This document shows positions 10,001 to 20,633 of a stretch of 54,241 bases of DNA, piece after piece. The position numbers were made by a program, and so were the translations under genes. Source of the stretch: Halocafeteria seosinensis (taxonomy: Eukaryota); contig LVLI01000252.1 in NCBI GenBank assembly GCA_001687465.1, positions 1 to 54,241 of the forward strand. Reading direction: 5' to 3'. Within the stretch, counting starts at the first letter, position 1, and every line of letters begins with the position of its first letter. The notes beneath the pieces were generated by a model. The model made no database searches and had not been told where the DNA came from. It was given only the letters and a program-made list of their open reading frames with translations.

Positions 10001-13000
10001 TTCAAAGAGACCATCGTTATCACTGGTATCCACAAAAGCTTTGAACTTCACTTCGTTTTCACTAGTGTCTTTGAATTGGACCGTTGAGGTCTTGACTTTG
10101 AGCACTGGCAATGCTCTTCCCTTGTGCGTTTCACTCCCATGCTCAACAACAATTCTGTAGCAAAGACCATCCTTATACTCAACATCAGCAGCATATAAAC
10201 CCTCATCAGTCTCTTTAGCACCGTCTGTCTCATTAACAAAGGAACCGCAGCTCTCATAATCATATTCAAACTTGACACTCTCTGCGAGGGAAGGGGAAGC
10301 AAAGCCTTTTAAAGTAGCTGTTTCAGTATCATCATTTTCTACACTGGAGAGCTCCGTCCGCACAACCTCAATAGCTTGCATTGTCTCACCACTAACTTCA
10401 TTCGGCTCCAGGCCTGTATCCTTCAGTTTTGTGTCTATGTATCCAACCACAATTTTGTAATAGAGAGGAGCAGGAGGATCCGCGATAGTGGCTTCAAACT
10501 CCGCAGCATCATCTGTCACCTGTGCAGCGGGGATTGAAGCGTCCAAATTATCCTTTGAAGAGCCATAATCGAACCGAACATCCAGCTTTTCATAATTAGC
10601 ACTGTCAACCTTCCCGTACAGAGTAACACTACTAGCATTCTTAAATGCCACATTCTCCGTTTTCACTGAGCTCAATCGTGGCTGACAGTCTCCGAAGACT
10701 ATTTTATCGTCACGTTCCACAGTGATGTGGTAGGAATTTTTGTTCTTATGGGGGTCGTTTCCGAACACAGCTAACATCTTAAACTCTTTAGGTCGTTCAC
10801 GTGTCACATCGAATTCATCCGTCCGATCGCCCGTGCAGTCATTGGACACGTACGTTGTAAAGTACACGGTCCAGCGATCATCATCCTGGAACGTGACCCC
10901 TCGAGGTTGGTCAACAGAAGGAGCCACAAGGCGCGTTTCAATCTTCCACAACTCATCCGTGTCATCACTTTTCATACGGTTGTCGAACTCAGTACGTTCC
11001 CGTTCCAACTCAAACCCGTACTCCAAGGAATCGGTAAATCCCTTATTCTCAATTGTAGCCTCGTATGGTCCGTACGCGGCAACTGCCCTGTCAATGTCAT
11101 CTAATTTGTTACCTGAAATGTCCATGAATAAATCATATAAGCCCGTCTCACTGGTTTCCACTTTCACGAAATGTATGTCCGAATCTTGAGTTTCCATCTC
11201 TAGGGTAACTATTTTGCCTGCATTTTCTTTCGAATCCAGTTCTTCTCTACGGGAATTATACACAGTGAGAGTAATCTTTTCGCCAGTTAGAGGTTCTGCT
11301 TCAACACGCAAAGTCGTGCCTTCGTCCAAGTCAAGAGCGAAGTAATCTATGTCTTCGTCCTCGTGAAAGCTAAGACGTATACGTTCTCCAAGAAGGAAAA
11401 GTGGAATAGCCTCGTCGAAGTAGTCGTTTGGCTCAAACGCATCTTCTGTGCTTTCATCATTCACAACTCCATTTCCTTTCAATGTAGCTTGCACACAGGC
11501 TTTGGATTGCATACAATCACCTTCTCCCGGATCGTAGTTACCCAGCACTTTGACGCCGAGATCTTCAGGACTTCGTAGATTGGATAAGAAAACGATGCCG
11601 CGGAGAAGCCCACCTTCAGCAACATACCGGCTCTGAGTCGTTTCAACTCGGAAGTCAGCGAAGGTCTCACTTTGAAACGTCTCTGAAAAGTCGAACTGCG
11701 TCCCATCCTCTAAACAACGCACGTTTTTGGTAGTGGTCCAGAACGAGAAATTCGAAAGCCGAGTAAATGCTTTGGTGAAGGTTTCCTGTGGAAAACCTGA
11801 AGAAGGTTCGTGTAGTGCTTCCCCGGTGCTTCCGTCTTCGAATTGAAACTCAACAAAAGACTTGCTGTGGAACTCGTCTCGAATACCAGCTCTGACGGAG
11901 CTACTGGGTATGCTATTCAAACTGTTGAAAGGAAACATCGGCTCCAGATACAGTGGTAATCGTGACTCTCCAAACAGTTTCTTACCAAGCTTTGGTTGTA
12001 CGACGATCCTGTATTCGACTTCCTCATCTAGTGAACCAGTGGACACTTCGGCTGTATATTCGAAACCATCCAGTCCATCTGCATCCGTCCTTTCCGTTTG
12101 CACTTGTTCGCCAATGTCACTTCGGTTTCCATATTCAAACGAAACGGTAGTAGACATGATGCCCCTACTTTGAATGTAGCCACTGAAACTAAACGAAGCT
12201 GGTTCCGCCGTTCTTCCTTCCTGAATCGTAGTGATGTGGTCAACTGATATTGCCTTGGCAACCAACCCGATGTCGGGAAGCACTGCAAAATCCTGAGAGG
12301 TGAAAGAGTAGTCTTCTTGATCCTTCTTCCATGAGTATGAGTAGCGGTTGTCATCATCCTCCTCTGCGTTCCAAAAAGAGATGTGGGTCTTAGCTTCGAG
12401 TTCTGGACCATCCAAATTTTTCAACGGGAAATGTACCGCGGGATCGTCGACCGAGTCGTCCTTTATCTCCTGGCTGAAGAAGTAGCACTGACCGGGCACG
12501 AGGAGGACGTCATCCTCAAACATGACCACTTCCCGGCGAATACCAGCATTGAAATCCACGTCCCGCAACTTCGTATCGATTGCCACACCGACGCCGTCCT
12601 CCAGAAGCGTACAGTTATACAGGTTACCTTGGTACCCTGTCCCACCTTGGGCACCTCCAGCAAGCCCTTGCACGAGAACATAATCGCTTACTTTGAACGC
12701 ATATCCTCGCTCAAGGTAGCTGTTTTCGATGGGCTCCTGGAGTTGTGCAAAATTGGCCAAAAATGCACCTTGCTCCAATTGAGGTCGTTTGCTCTCCTTG
12801 AGGACAAAGCCAATGTTTGGGAACGGCGCGTCCGAGACAGGATTGACTGAGTCACCTTCGCTAAAAAGGTCATCGCTATGCGTCACCGTAGGTCCCCATA
12901 GATTCATCTTCACGTTGAAAAACAATTCAGTGAACCCTGCAGATGCGGTAGGGGAAACGGTATGATGACCATCAGTCACTTTCTGGGCTAATACGTAACC

Positions 13001-15079
13001 TTCCCCTGCTTTGAGTGTGAGCTCCTTGTCAAAGAACACTTGCCTATTCAGTGGATCAGAATCAGGTTGTTGAAAGATTTCTCCGATGATTTCAACCTGT
13101 CCATCCCGGAAGGTGGCGTTATACAAACTAATACCAGTAAGTTCAACTGTATCAGATGGTGATGCTAAAAACCCTTCTATTTGTAGGTCTTCTCCGGGCT
13201 CAAAGAAAACACCCATAACTTGTGGACTACTGCCGCTTGCTGCCTCCAACGCAGATGATGACTCGTGTGGCGAGAAGGATTCGGCCCGGTAGAACACGCT
13301 TGCTGGAGTTTTCGAGAGGCCCTCATCACTCCCTGCAAATCCGTCCTCGTTGATAAGGGTTACCCGGGCGTTGATTGGCAGATCACGCTCCATAGAGAAG
13401 GTATCGGTACCACTGGCGGTGTCATTTCTAGTAGTCTTCGTATGCTTGCCATTATGCACCCAATCAAACACAAACACGTCCACGTCCTCACCCTTCGAAA
13501 CTTCACAGGAAAAGGATACATCCCCCGATTGTTTAGTACCGGTATCAGTATGAAGCGATAACCTTTCTGACTGATTACATGCACTTGGTACACTAGAATC
13601 AGCATCATACCGGAATCCAATTCTGGGGATAAATGGAATCAATGGAAACGAATCATCACCCGGCATTTCACCAACTACGTCGGATTCGTTTATCGGTAAA
13701 CTAAACTTATATGCATCAAAAATGCTCGTACCGTTCAAGAGTGGTACACCCTCAACCTCAGCAAACTCAACCCGCTCAGCAATCCCATACTGTTTGTGTC
13801 TCGAGAGCTGGCACATCCAGTACCAATTGTCTTCTGTCAAAGTCACAACGTCGTCAAGTTGTTCACTAGACTCAAACTTATCTCCTGGTATCTTAACCGA
13901 GGCCTTGAGGTCCGAGATAATTTCTTCGTCGCTATCATAAAGGGCCAGTATTACATCTTCACCGCTACCAATCAAATGGCTTACGTCGATATTCTCACTA
14001 GGTTGGAATTGAACGCAGACGGTAGCATCATCGCCATTTTCCGTCTCACCGACTCCGTAGTCAGAGACTCGAAACTCTCTGCCGTCCTCAGCACGCTTTT
14101 CCGTCGGTACTCGACTCATCTCACCGACTACTTTGCCATGCTCATTGATTGCTGCGAAGCGCACATACTTAATACCATCAGGGACACAGTCGTCATCCAA
14201 ATCCAACCAATTAATACCAATGTCGTCTCTGACTGACGGTATGCCGACGGATTCGGCCGTCTCCAAGGAGCATCTTGATGTGATGTCACTGAAACTGTTC
14301 GAGTAGGAAAATTCGAAAAACGTGGCAACATCTCCACTGCCACCGTCAAACAGAGTCCCCACTGCTATTCCTATTTCCCCCTGTCCGCCATTAACGATGC
14401 CAGTTGTGCTTATGTTCACCGCAGAACGGACTTTGGTTTGAAACATCAAGCCCACGGGGGGAAAGCTATTAGGATTTGAATCGCTCACTGCTTCTACTGT
14501 CGACATAGTTACAATGTCCTCGGGTGTATATGAATGGACGCTGTTATCAATTTTCAAGACAGAATCGCTGGCCCAATCCAAGACAGAATGTTCTTGTAGA
14601 TCTACTCCCTCAAGAAACGATTTGAAAACCTTCATTGATCCATCCCCGTTCGGGTCTTGACACAGTGTATACATTTTCCATGGCAAAAGTGTGATATTCT
14701 CCGACAATTCATACTCTCCAATGTCTCCGGTGACTGGTGATTGTATCTCACCTCGCGCGATAAGCTCGGTAAAATTCATTTTCTCATCTTGAGCAAGTGA
14801 ACTTGGACAGTCGTCCATTTCTTCGCTCCGTCCGGGGGAAAACAAGGAAACGCGCTCGCCCATTACTCCTGTGAGTTTACGCAACGTCAGTTGTTTGGAG
14901 AGTTGAAAATTCAAGCACAAGTACTCGTCAACATGGTGGGGACTGAGATTGTCTTCAGATTTATCCCCAAAATCTGAAAAGCGTAGATTCCCTTCTGCAC
15001 TCGCAGCAGCGGTACCTTTAGAACACAGGGTGGCCCCCAAGATGAGCGCGAGAACAGATATGCTGGACAAGCGCCGCAT
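7010..15079 (-). CDS. Giant (2689 aa) intronless secreted acidic repeat protein: four N-terminal beta-sandwich repeats, a PPC-like (bacterial pre-peptidase C-terminal) domain and about 12 Fn3/Ig-like repeats
   Basis: 8-kb ORF with signal peptide MRRLSSISVLALILGATLCSKGTA. PPC-type motif DAFEPND...DEDIDYFALDL...LTVYN (about 11110-11445). Repeats of SAxLKGxV...VRFxYG...YYxIxV (about 7060-10670). No TM helix. Confidence 0.85.
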   Translation of the reverse strand: MRRLSSISVLALILGATLCSKGTAAASAEGNLRFSDFGDKSEDNLSPHHVDEYLCLNFQLSKQLTLRKLTGVMGERVSLFSPGRSEEMDDCPSSLAQDEKMNFTELIARGEIQSPVTGDIGEYELSENITLLPWKMYTLCQDPNGDGSMKVFKSFLEGVDLQEHSVLDWASDSVLKIDNSVHSYTPEDIVTMSTVEAVSDSNPNSFPPVGLMFQTKVRSAVNISTTGIVNGGQGEIGIAVGTLFDGGSGDVATFFEFSYSNSFSDITSRCSLETAESVGIPSVRDDIGINWLDLDDDCVPDGIKYVRFAAINEHGKVVGEMSRVPTEKRAEDGREFRVSDYGVGETENGDDATVCVQFQPSENIDVSHLIGSGEDVILALYDSDEEIISDLKASVKIPGDKFESSEQLDDVVTLTEDNWYWMCQLSRHKQYGIAERVEFAEVEGVPLLNGTSIFDAYKFSLPINESDVVGEMPGDDSFPLIPFIPRIGFRYDADSSVPSACNQSERLSLHTDTGTKQSGDVSFSCEVSKGEDVDVFVFDWVHNGKHTKTTRNDTASGTDTFSMERDLPINARVTLINEDGFAGSDEGLSKTPASVFYRAESFSPHESSSALEAASGSSPQVMGVFFEPGEDLQIEGFLASPSDTVELTGISLYNATFRDGQVEIIGEIFQQPDSDPLNRQVFFDKELTLKAGEGYVLAQKVTDGHHTVSPTASAGFTELFFNVKMNLWGPTVTHSDDLFSEGDSVNPVSDAPFPNIGFVLKESKRPQLEQGAFLANFAQLQEPIENSYLERGYAFKVSDYVLVQGLAGGAQGGTGYQGNLYNCTLLEDGVGVAIDTKLRDVDFNAGIRREVVMFEDDVLLVPGQCYFFSQEIKDDSVDDPAVHFPLKNLDGPELEAKTHISFWNAEEDDDNRYSYSWKKDQEDYSFTSQDFAVLPDIGLVAKAISVDHITTIQEGRTAEPASFSFSGYIQSRGIMSTTVSFEYGNRSDIGEQVQTERTDADGLDGFEYTAEVSTGSLDEEVEYRIVVQPKLGKKLFGESRLPLYLEPMFPFNSLNSIPSSSVRAGIRDEFHSKSFVEFQFEDGSTGEALHEPSSGFPQETFTKAFTRLSNFSFWTTTKNVRCLEDGTQFDFSETFQSETFADFRVETTQSRYVAEGGLLRGIVFLSNLRSPEDLGVKVLGNYDPGEGDCMQSKACVQATLKGNGVVNDESTEDAFEPNDYFDEAIPLFLLGERIRLSFHEDEDIDYFALDLDEGTTLRVEAEPLTGEKITLTVYNSRREELDSKENAGKIVTLEMETQDSDIHFVKVETSETGLYDLFMDISGNKLDDIDRAVAAYGPYEATIENKGFTDSLEYGFELERERTEFDNRMKSDDTDELWKIETRLVAPSVDQPRGVTFQDDDRWTVYFTTYVSNDCTGDRTDEFDVTRERPKEFKMLAVFGNDPHKNKNSYHITVERDDKIVFGDCQPRLSSVKTENVAFKNASSVTLYGKVDSANYEKLDVRFDYGSSKDNLDASIPAAQVTDDAAEFEATIADPPAPLYYKIVVGYIDTKLKDTGLEPNEVSGETMQAIEVVRTELSSVENDDTETATLKGFASPSLAESVKFEYDYESCGSFVNETDGAKETDEGLYAADVEYKDGLCYRIVVEHGSETHKGRALPVLKVKTSTVQFKDTSENEVKFKAFVDTSDNDGLFEDHVIFRYDASSNLSTSAVKTAVKAASDKTFKATANIDFDGPVFYEVIVQNPEDKFDGESPKAAEIRGGVRRALQGIETGLTSFNKTGSAILKGFVTSRMKSATNVRFRYGYTENNLNETIEAEVVNSTVGCYASVEAINQESDMPIFYTLEVEALENTFDAQNKTFQGEVFPILTVKTTQVVFNETDTVTLKAVVDTWDSQELDMDDLSIRFEYGETTSSLNEEKDDIDKSGDPVVQAAIENVGFDPVLYRVVVSKTNSDEREVNTLRGDTEQAIEGIRTEISEFGTDGSATLAGSVSSDLRDPSLVHFAYGSHCNDLPDTREALASSPESFQSKDAVENNMSPICYRIQVDLPENWHEKEENIASGSPLPVLTVQTTTVEFDEETETSGRITFHAIVNTTGLDEEFEFFFEYGDSDTAGALTKNVTATRSAESDNIVVAEVDASSFPRFYEIVVRLQDPPFTDALEVEPKVVRGGIRQVVTGVETGITSFNQSGEAILRGIVSHRMKDATNVRFLYGAARDNLDKTLAAKLVDAEENVYESVGAVNEDQGPVYYRIAVEVLENTLDAQERKTFKGGVIPVLKIYNLASKLNTAGQEKLKGIVHHSNEVPGLNIFFEYANSPEALGSQNVEKTESLDIDDSDMYSMNAETGEKRWFSIVAEQNEEFVVRGRPVELVDLRTLLTVGEVGDDSVVLRGLVSNTELLSMERYSLHFAVSKGDGEDTVPVDLQTASTKEALVVEAGKQFTLKPTDSSVEYHIVLNGSSEFDRIQGENLTAIMATSPYSEVQRNGNVQLSVKVLNSDQGVRGQTYMELLDYQERAIATQIPEDRASRFKSAFSLDSPGRPLYFRMVFEDSLGQTNVTSGPWRVLAVEGIARVSSIKLLPDFITAEVTFKGTVEEGLAENTKFWYGAERDKVTISKDITGSEVHESIAHVEARLEHQINGPLLYRLRMHQNLADNNNNEGLSNVWSVVGDFTTGDQAVLPDDFEKKFGPRKV

Positions 15080-16379
15080 GGCTGGTGTTGGGTCCCCAGT
15101 GTAGTATCTGCAAACAGGAAGAGAAGATCATGTTATTGTATACCGGTACGTCTAAAGCCATAAACGCGCAAATCGAGCCTGCATGTGACTGACTCCCCCC
15201 CCCCGGTACTGGAAACTGACACCCTCCGAACGGCCCGGGGTAAGGAAGAACAATCCGTCCAGCGTGTTCTTCGCAAGCCGCGTGCCCCCAACGCACAACT
15301 GACGTGGTAAATTCAGACACTTCTATATCTATATGGCATACCCTTCCATAAAAAAGATACCAGTGCGACGAGAGAACCAGTCGCTACTAGTCCGAAGGTT
15401 GGGGCAAACAAGGAGCTTACCAATTGATCCTGCACAACGGCGCGATCCAGGACAAACTTCCTAAAGGATGCGCAGAAGCCGAACAGAAGCAATATGGTAC
15501 TGTTCCACCTCTCCTGCAAGTAATTTCGTCTGTCCGCGATTGTCTGCTATCTCGTTAACATGTATAAGGTCGGACCGCACTAACAAGTCAAGTTCATTAA
15601 AAGCTAACATAATCATGCTGAGTTCTCCGGACCTGCCGGACGGTTCCGGACCAGTGCCTCGAGTCGAGGAGCGGACAGTTTCTGTGTCCCCGGGTGCGTG
15701 GCCTCTGGCCGCCAGGTCGCACGGTGCACCTCGGCTTCTTCGTGTCCGGTGATAGCTCGCGCACGCGAGTTCCTGCACCATTACAGGGGATAGTTTTACT
15801 TCGTTTGTCTGGACGAGCTCTACTAAGTACATTATCCCACGGGATGAGTGCACGGTTGTACTGTATGCTGCGGCGGACGAGCGGCCTCTGGAAAGAGCCA
15901 GCGTGTGTTCGTCGCTCTCCGGGGAGACAGGGGAGGAAGAAGATGGAGGCAGGGTTCCATTCCGACAACAGAAGATGTGTTTGCTTACATTACTAACGGG
16001 TGAGACTACATGCTGCTGCACACTCCCCGTGGCAGGAGCTAGTAGGTTACTGGGAGTCCAGTCCCCTGCAGTCATCCGCGTGTAGGTCGCAGTCTGTCCT
16101 CCCCAGGACCACCCGGCCGCCAGCGACCACTGGCCACCGTGTCCGGCGCCGACGGTGCGACACGAAGAGGTCGCTGAAACCAGGCTAGCCACAGGCGCCA
16201 CTGGTACTAGTTGAAGCAAGCATCTGTCTCAGGCAGGCATTGTGATATTAATGCTCCCCGCACGGTGAGTCCTGTTGGATAGTATGATTTCGTGGTAAGT
16301 CTTGACGGGGCTCTGACTCTGAGTCCAGATTCTCAAAACTTTCAACCGACACTACCTGCTTCCAGTGGGCTGTGAGGCA

Positions 16380-17870
16380 ATGTGTGGAACTGCTACTTGA
16401 GCTCGTCGGAATTCAATAGCCTGCGAAGCTTCGTCGCCACCTCGGAAAGCTTACGGTAAAGGATGCTATAGCAGAAGGAGTACAGGCGTTGGAGAGCCAT
16501 GAGATTGTGGCAGAATAGTCATTGCATCCATCCGGGCGTTCAGCAGGAACCGAATTGCCCAGACGAACTATAATCAAAACGGACAGTCAGCCTCTCATTA
16601 TTAACGCTTGTGCCAGTTCCTTTCAAAGCAAAGTTTCCATTGTTCGTAACGTGTGCTTCCCCGGTTTCTACTTCGTCTACTGTCGGCAACACTCCCCAAA
16701 TACTATGTCTTCGTCACCGCTTGTAGTAAGGTGGTAGGAATTTTCGTTCTAGTAGAGAGAACACATCATCCTAAATTCCTTGTTTGGCAAATCCTTCAAA
16801 CTAAGGCCATCAGTTCTATCGCCAGTGCAATCATCAGAGTAAAGAACACACTCCAGCGACCATCACCCTGGAAGCCTATACCTCTAGGAGGTTCATTCGG
16901 AGCCACAAGACGTGTTTCCATCTTCCAAAGTTCATTCACTTTATCAGCCATCACGCGACTGTCGAACTCGGTGCTTTTCCGTTGAAACTCAATCCTGTAC
17001 AACTCCAAGGAATCGGTAAATCCCTTATTCTCAATTGTACCCTCTTATGGTCCGTACGCGGCAAATGCCCTGTCAATGTCTTCTAATTTGTTACCTGAAG
17101 TGTCCATGAATAAATCATATAACCCCGTCTCATTGGTTTCCACTTTAACGAAATGCATATCCGAAACTCTAGCGTAATGATTTCATCTGCATTTTCTTTG
17201 GAATCTAACTCTTCTCTATAAAAAAAAAAGAATTGTACACAGTAATAGTAATCATTTCTCCAGTAAGAGGTTCCACGCAAAGCGGCGGCTTCGTCCAGAT
17301 CAAGAGCCAATTAGGGGATGGTTCGCAATCCGAAGCGTGTGTGCAAGCTATGTTGAAAGGAAGCGGAGTTGGTAAGGATGAGAGCACAAAAGATGCGTTC
17401 GAGCCAAACGACTACTTCGATGAGGTGCTTCCACTCTTCCTTCTTGGAGAGCGTATACGTCCTTAGCTTCCACGAAGGCAATGACAGGACCCCGAGGTCC
17501 TCAGGACTTCGCAGATCGGATAAGAAAACAAGTCCAGGAAAACGTCCGCACTCGGATGTGAATTTGCTTTGAATGTTCGCTATTCTGAAATCATGCATTT
17601 GCCACTCGGAACACTGCTGCAAAGACTTGGAGAAGTCAAGCTGGCTGCCGTCCTCCAAACACCGGCGATTCCTCGTCTCGGCCGTAAATGAAAAATTGGT
17701 TAGTTCGCTCATGGGTCCAGTGAGCGATTCCAGTTCCACCATTGAAGACCCTTTAGAGAGGTCGTGCTTTGCTAACCCTGAGTCAATCCTTTGGAACTCT
17801 ACAAAAGACTTACTCTGAAGGCTATCCCTTATGTCCGCCCTCACAGTGTCGCTCAGAATGTCTTTCAAAA
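16380..17870 (-). pseudogene. Decayed tandem paralog of the 7010-15079 gene, with an internal inversion of about 170 bp (about 17312-17484)
   Basis: Near-identical DNA and peptides (e.g. 17001-17130 vs 11021-11150; LSDLRSPEDLGV; WKMETRLVAP) with stops and frameshifts. The DAFEPNDYFDE..FLLGERIR segment is on the + strand. Weaker similarity may extend to about 18550. Confidence 0.85.
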
Positions 17871-18812
17871 GTTTAATTCGATGATATAAGAGGATACATC
17901 GGCTCCAAGTACAGAAGTGTCCCTAACTCGCCCGCGAACGATTAAATGGTGCCTGTGCCACCGTGACAGTCTCGGTTGTTTCGAACTCCGTCGCATGGCG
18001 GACTTAAGGGTTGTGCAACAGTTAGCGGACAATGTGTTGGATCGGCATCTTTCATTCAGTCCCCGGAATGGTAACAAAGTGAAGCTGAAGCAGGATCCAG
18101 ACCTCTTTGTACAGGTAAGACAAGTGCTTGCGCTTCCGATCGAGCGAATTTCAGTTCCCGGTCAATTCCTTCCAGGAAGTTCCAGAATTCTGGAACTCAT
18201 TAAGTGTGTCAACATAACTCAAATCCCCTGCTTTAATGACGAAACAGGGAAATGATGAAATGAGCACGTCATAACGAGCTCTTCCTATGAAGTAGAATCT
18301 ACTTTGTTCTTTGCTGGACTTCCACGTGGACCGTGTGGAGAGGACGATCCGGGGCAGCTCAATATATCTCCTTCGAAGGAAGTTTGAACAGCCCAAGGGT
18401 GCCGTTGTTTGTGGGATACAAGCTGATCCCACTTGTAGCGCCGTAGTAATACTGCATGCATCACAGACGCTGGCCTTTCTTATTCCAAATTCAAAAAATG
18501 CCACCTCCGTTTCAAAATGTTTGTCTTCCCCATCTCAATATACCACCCTTCTGAGCATGAGCTCGCATATGTTTGTTTACCTGGGCGAGCAATCAAAGAG
18601 CACTGGTACAGTGGTACAGTCTTGTACTGTACTGTGTGTGGTATATGGAAGGCTGAGTTTGCACTCCGGGATGTGCGCTATTCATGAAGCCTGAACCCAT
18701 CGACTACGAGGATAGGTCAGTCAGACAAACGGTACAAGTATACTATATAAGAAGAACTCAGTTGCTCTGCTTGCGTAGCGCAACTTTTCGCTTCGTTCAT
18801 CATGTCAGTGTG

Positions 18813-20342
18813 TCACTGTGTGCTCCGCTGTCCCAGCAACTCCCAACTGGACCTTACTGCATCGTCTATTTTATAGCGATAGCTTCTTGCAAATATCATG
18901 ACATAGTATGAAGCGCCTGAAGAATAGGCAACAAAGTTAAGTGAACAGCAAGAGAGGAAAATATGAGACTGTTGAACACTCACCATTCCAGGTCGCGTAC
19001 GTTAACATTAAAGCCAGTGTTAAAGTGTGAATGGCGCAAAGCTCATACATCAGCTTCGTCCAAACCATTGTTACACACGTACATCCAAGCTGTGCTATGT
19101 AGAAAGCAACTTTCCAGCTGACAGTATCCCCCACAGGCTCCTCCCTTGCCTGCAAGTGCCCGCTCAACCTCAGCAGCGTGCACACGGTAAAGTAGACGGT
19201 GGTTTGAGGAGATATTGCGAAACGGCGTGTGGCTATCTGGATAACGAAAGGTATCAGTGAGCACTGATTTAACTTTCTATGGTTATTGTTCGCGATTCCC
19301 CAGGCTTACTCGTATTTCGTTGTCCCTCTTTATAATTCCGTAGCAAAAATACTCAGTGATAAGCAGATAAAGTGCGTTCCAGACTAAGCAAGCTAGAAGC
19401 GGATACTGCAACGTTTCAAGCCATGAAATGCTGCACAAGTAGGTCATACCCGGCATTTCACACACGGCTTCTGGCCGAAAGTCACCGTTCCACCTCCAGA
19501 TCCTGAAATTACATACCATGGTATACATGTATTTTACAGAAACGCTGTGCTAACGCTGCTGTTAAAAGACAGCTACCTGAAGCATCTTACCAGGTTAAAA
19601 GCGGTGGGTACGCATGTACCAGAATTGAAGTCATTTTATCCAGAGAGTGAAATACAACGGAATTCTGCCACGCGAAGATACCGAACATCAGTGGCCCGTT
19701 CGCAAGGACGAAGAGCGCTTTGAACAGCCGTTGACTGTAGATTCTAGAAAAAGATGTGATGATTTTGCTCTGGGAGCCCAAGCTTCATTGCTAGCTACTT
19801 ACCTATCGGGAAACACGAAAAGTTGCAAGAAGCACATCGCGTGGATAAAATAGCAAAAGTCTGCAATGCCAGTCTACTCATGCGGAGAATTTAGGCATGC
19901 AGGAGGGACTGTAAGGCTTCACTCACCCAGCATAAGGAATTGAAACTTCTTGCCGAAGTAGTCTATGGTTCGATATACGAACAACGGGATGAACCACGCA
20001 ATATACCACAGCCAAAAATGTTCTGGAAGCTTGAGAAACACGACGGCCGAGACCATCGTCACGACCACTCCCAAGGTGAAATATACCTTGTGTTTGAACT
20101 GCTCTCGCGGTGGATCATCGAGTTCTTTGCGGACATGCTCCGCAAATAGACGCTTCAATTGCTCATTGGAAACAATACTGCTCTCCTTGTTAGAAGGCTC
20201 AGCCAACTTGTCCATCTCTTGTTTTGGTTGCTTCCAATGGATTTTTCTGACGTCCCTTTGACCTTTTTGCTGCTCCTTTTGCAGTTCAATAGGTAGGTAG
20301 TGCACTCAACACGGATGTACGCTTTTACTTGAGTCTTACCAT
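18813..20342 (-). CDS. GPC1: Glycerophosphocholine acyltransferase (GPC1/DUF2838 family), multi-exon membrane protein
   Basis: Spliced motifs KVYFTLGV, FLML|DFCY, NGPLMFGIFAWQNSVVFHSLDKMTSILVH..PPL and TWNGASYY are characteristic of the GPC1 family. Several GT-AG introns; 3' end approximate. Confidence 0.85.
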
Positions 20343-20633
20343 CTTTAAAATACCTGAGTTTGGAAAGAGTATCAGTGTCTCCAGTCACCTACCGTCAGGA
20401 CAGTATAGTCCTGCGGCCGGGACTGTTCGGGTCCCGTTGTGAAGCACGATCTGGAACTTCCTGACTGGAAGTGAGAAGGAACCCAAATGAAGAAACGACG
20501 CAATCAAAGCATGACTGGCACTTCTCGTGACAGAAGAAGTCAACTATACGTTTTACACTATCGTGTATGGCTTTTGTAAGTCTTGTGCTATCGAGGTGGA
20601 ACCCAAATCAATTGGAGTGTATCTAGGTATACT

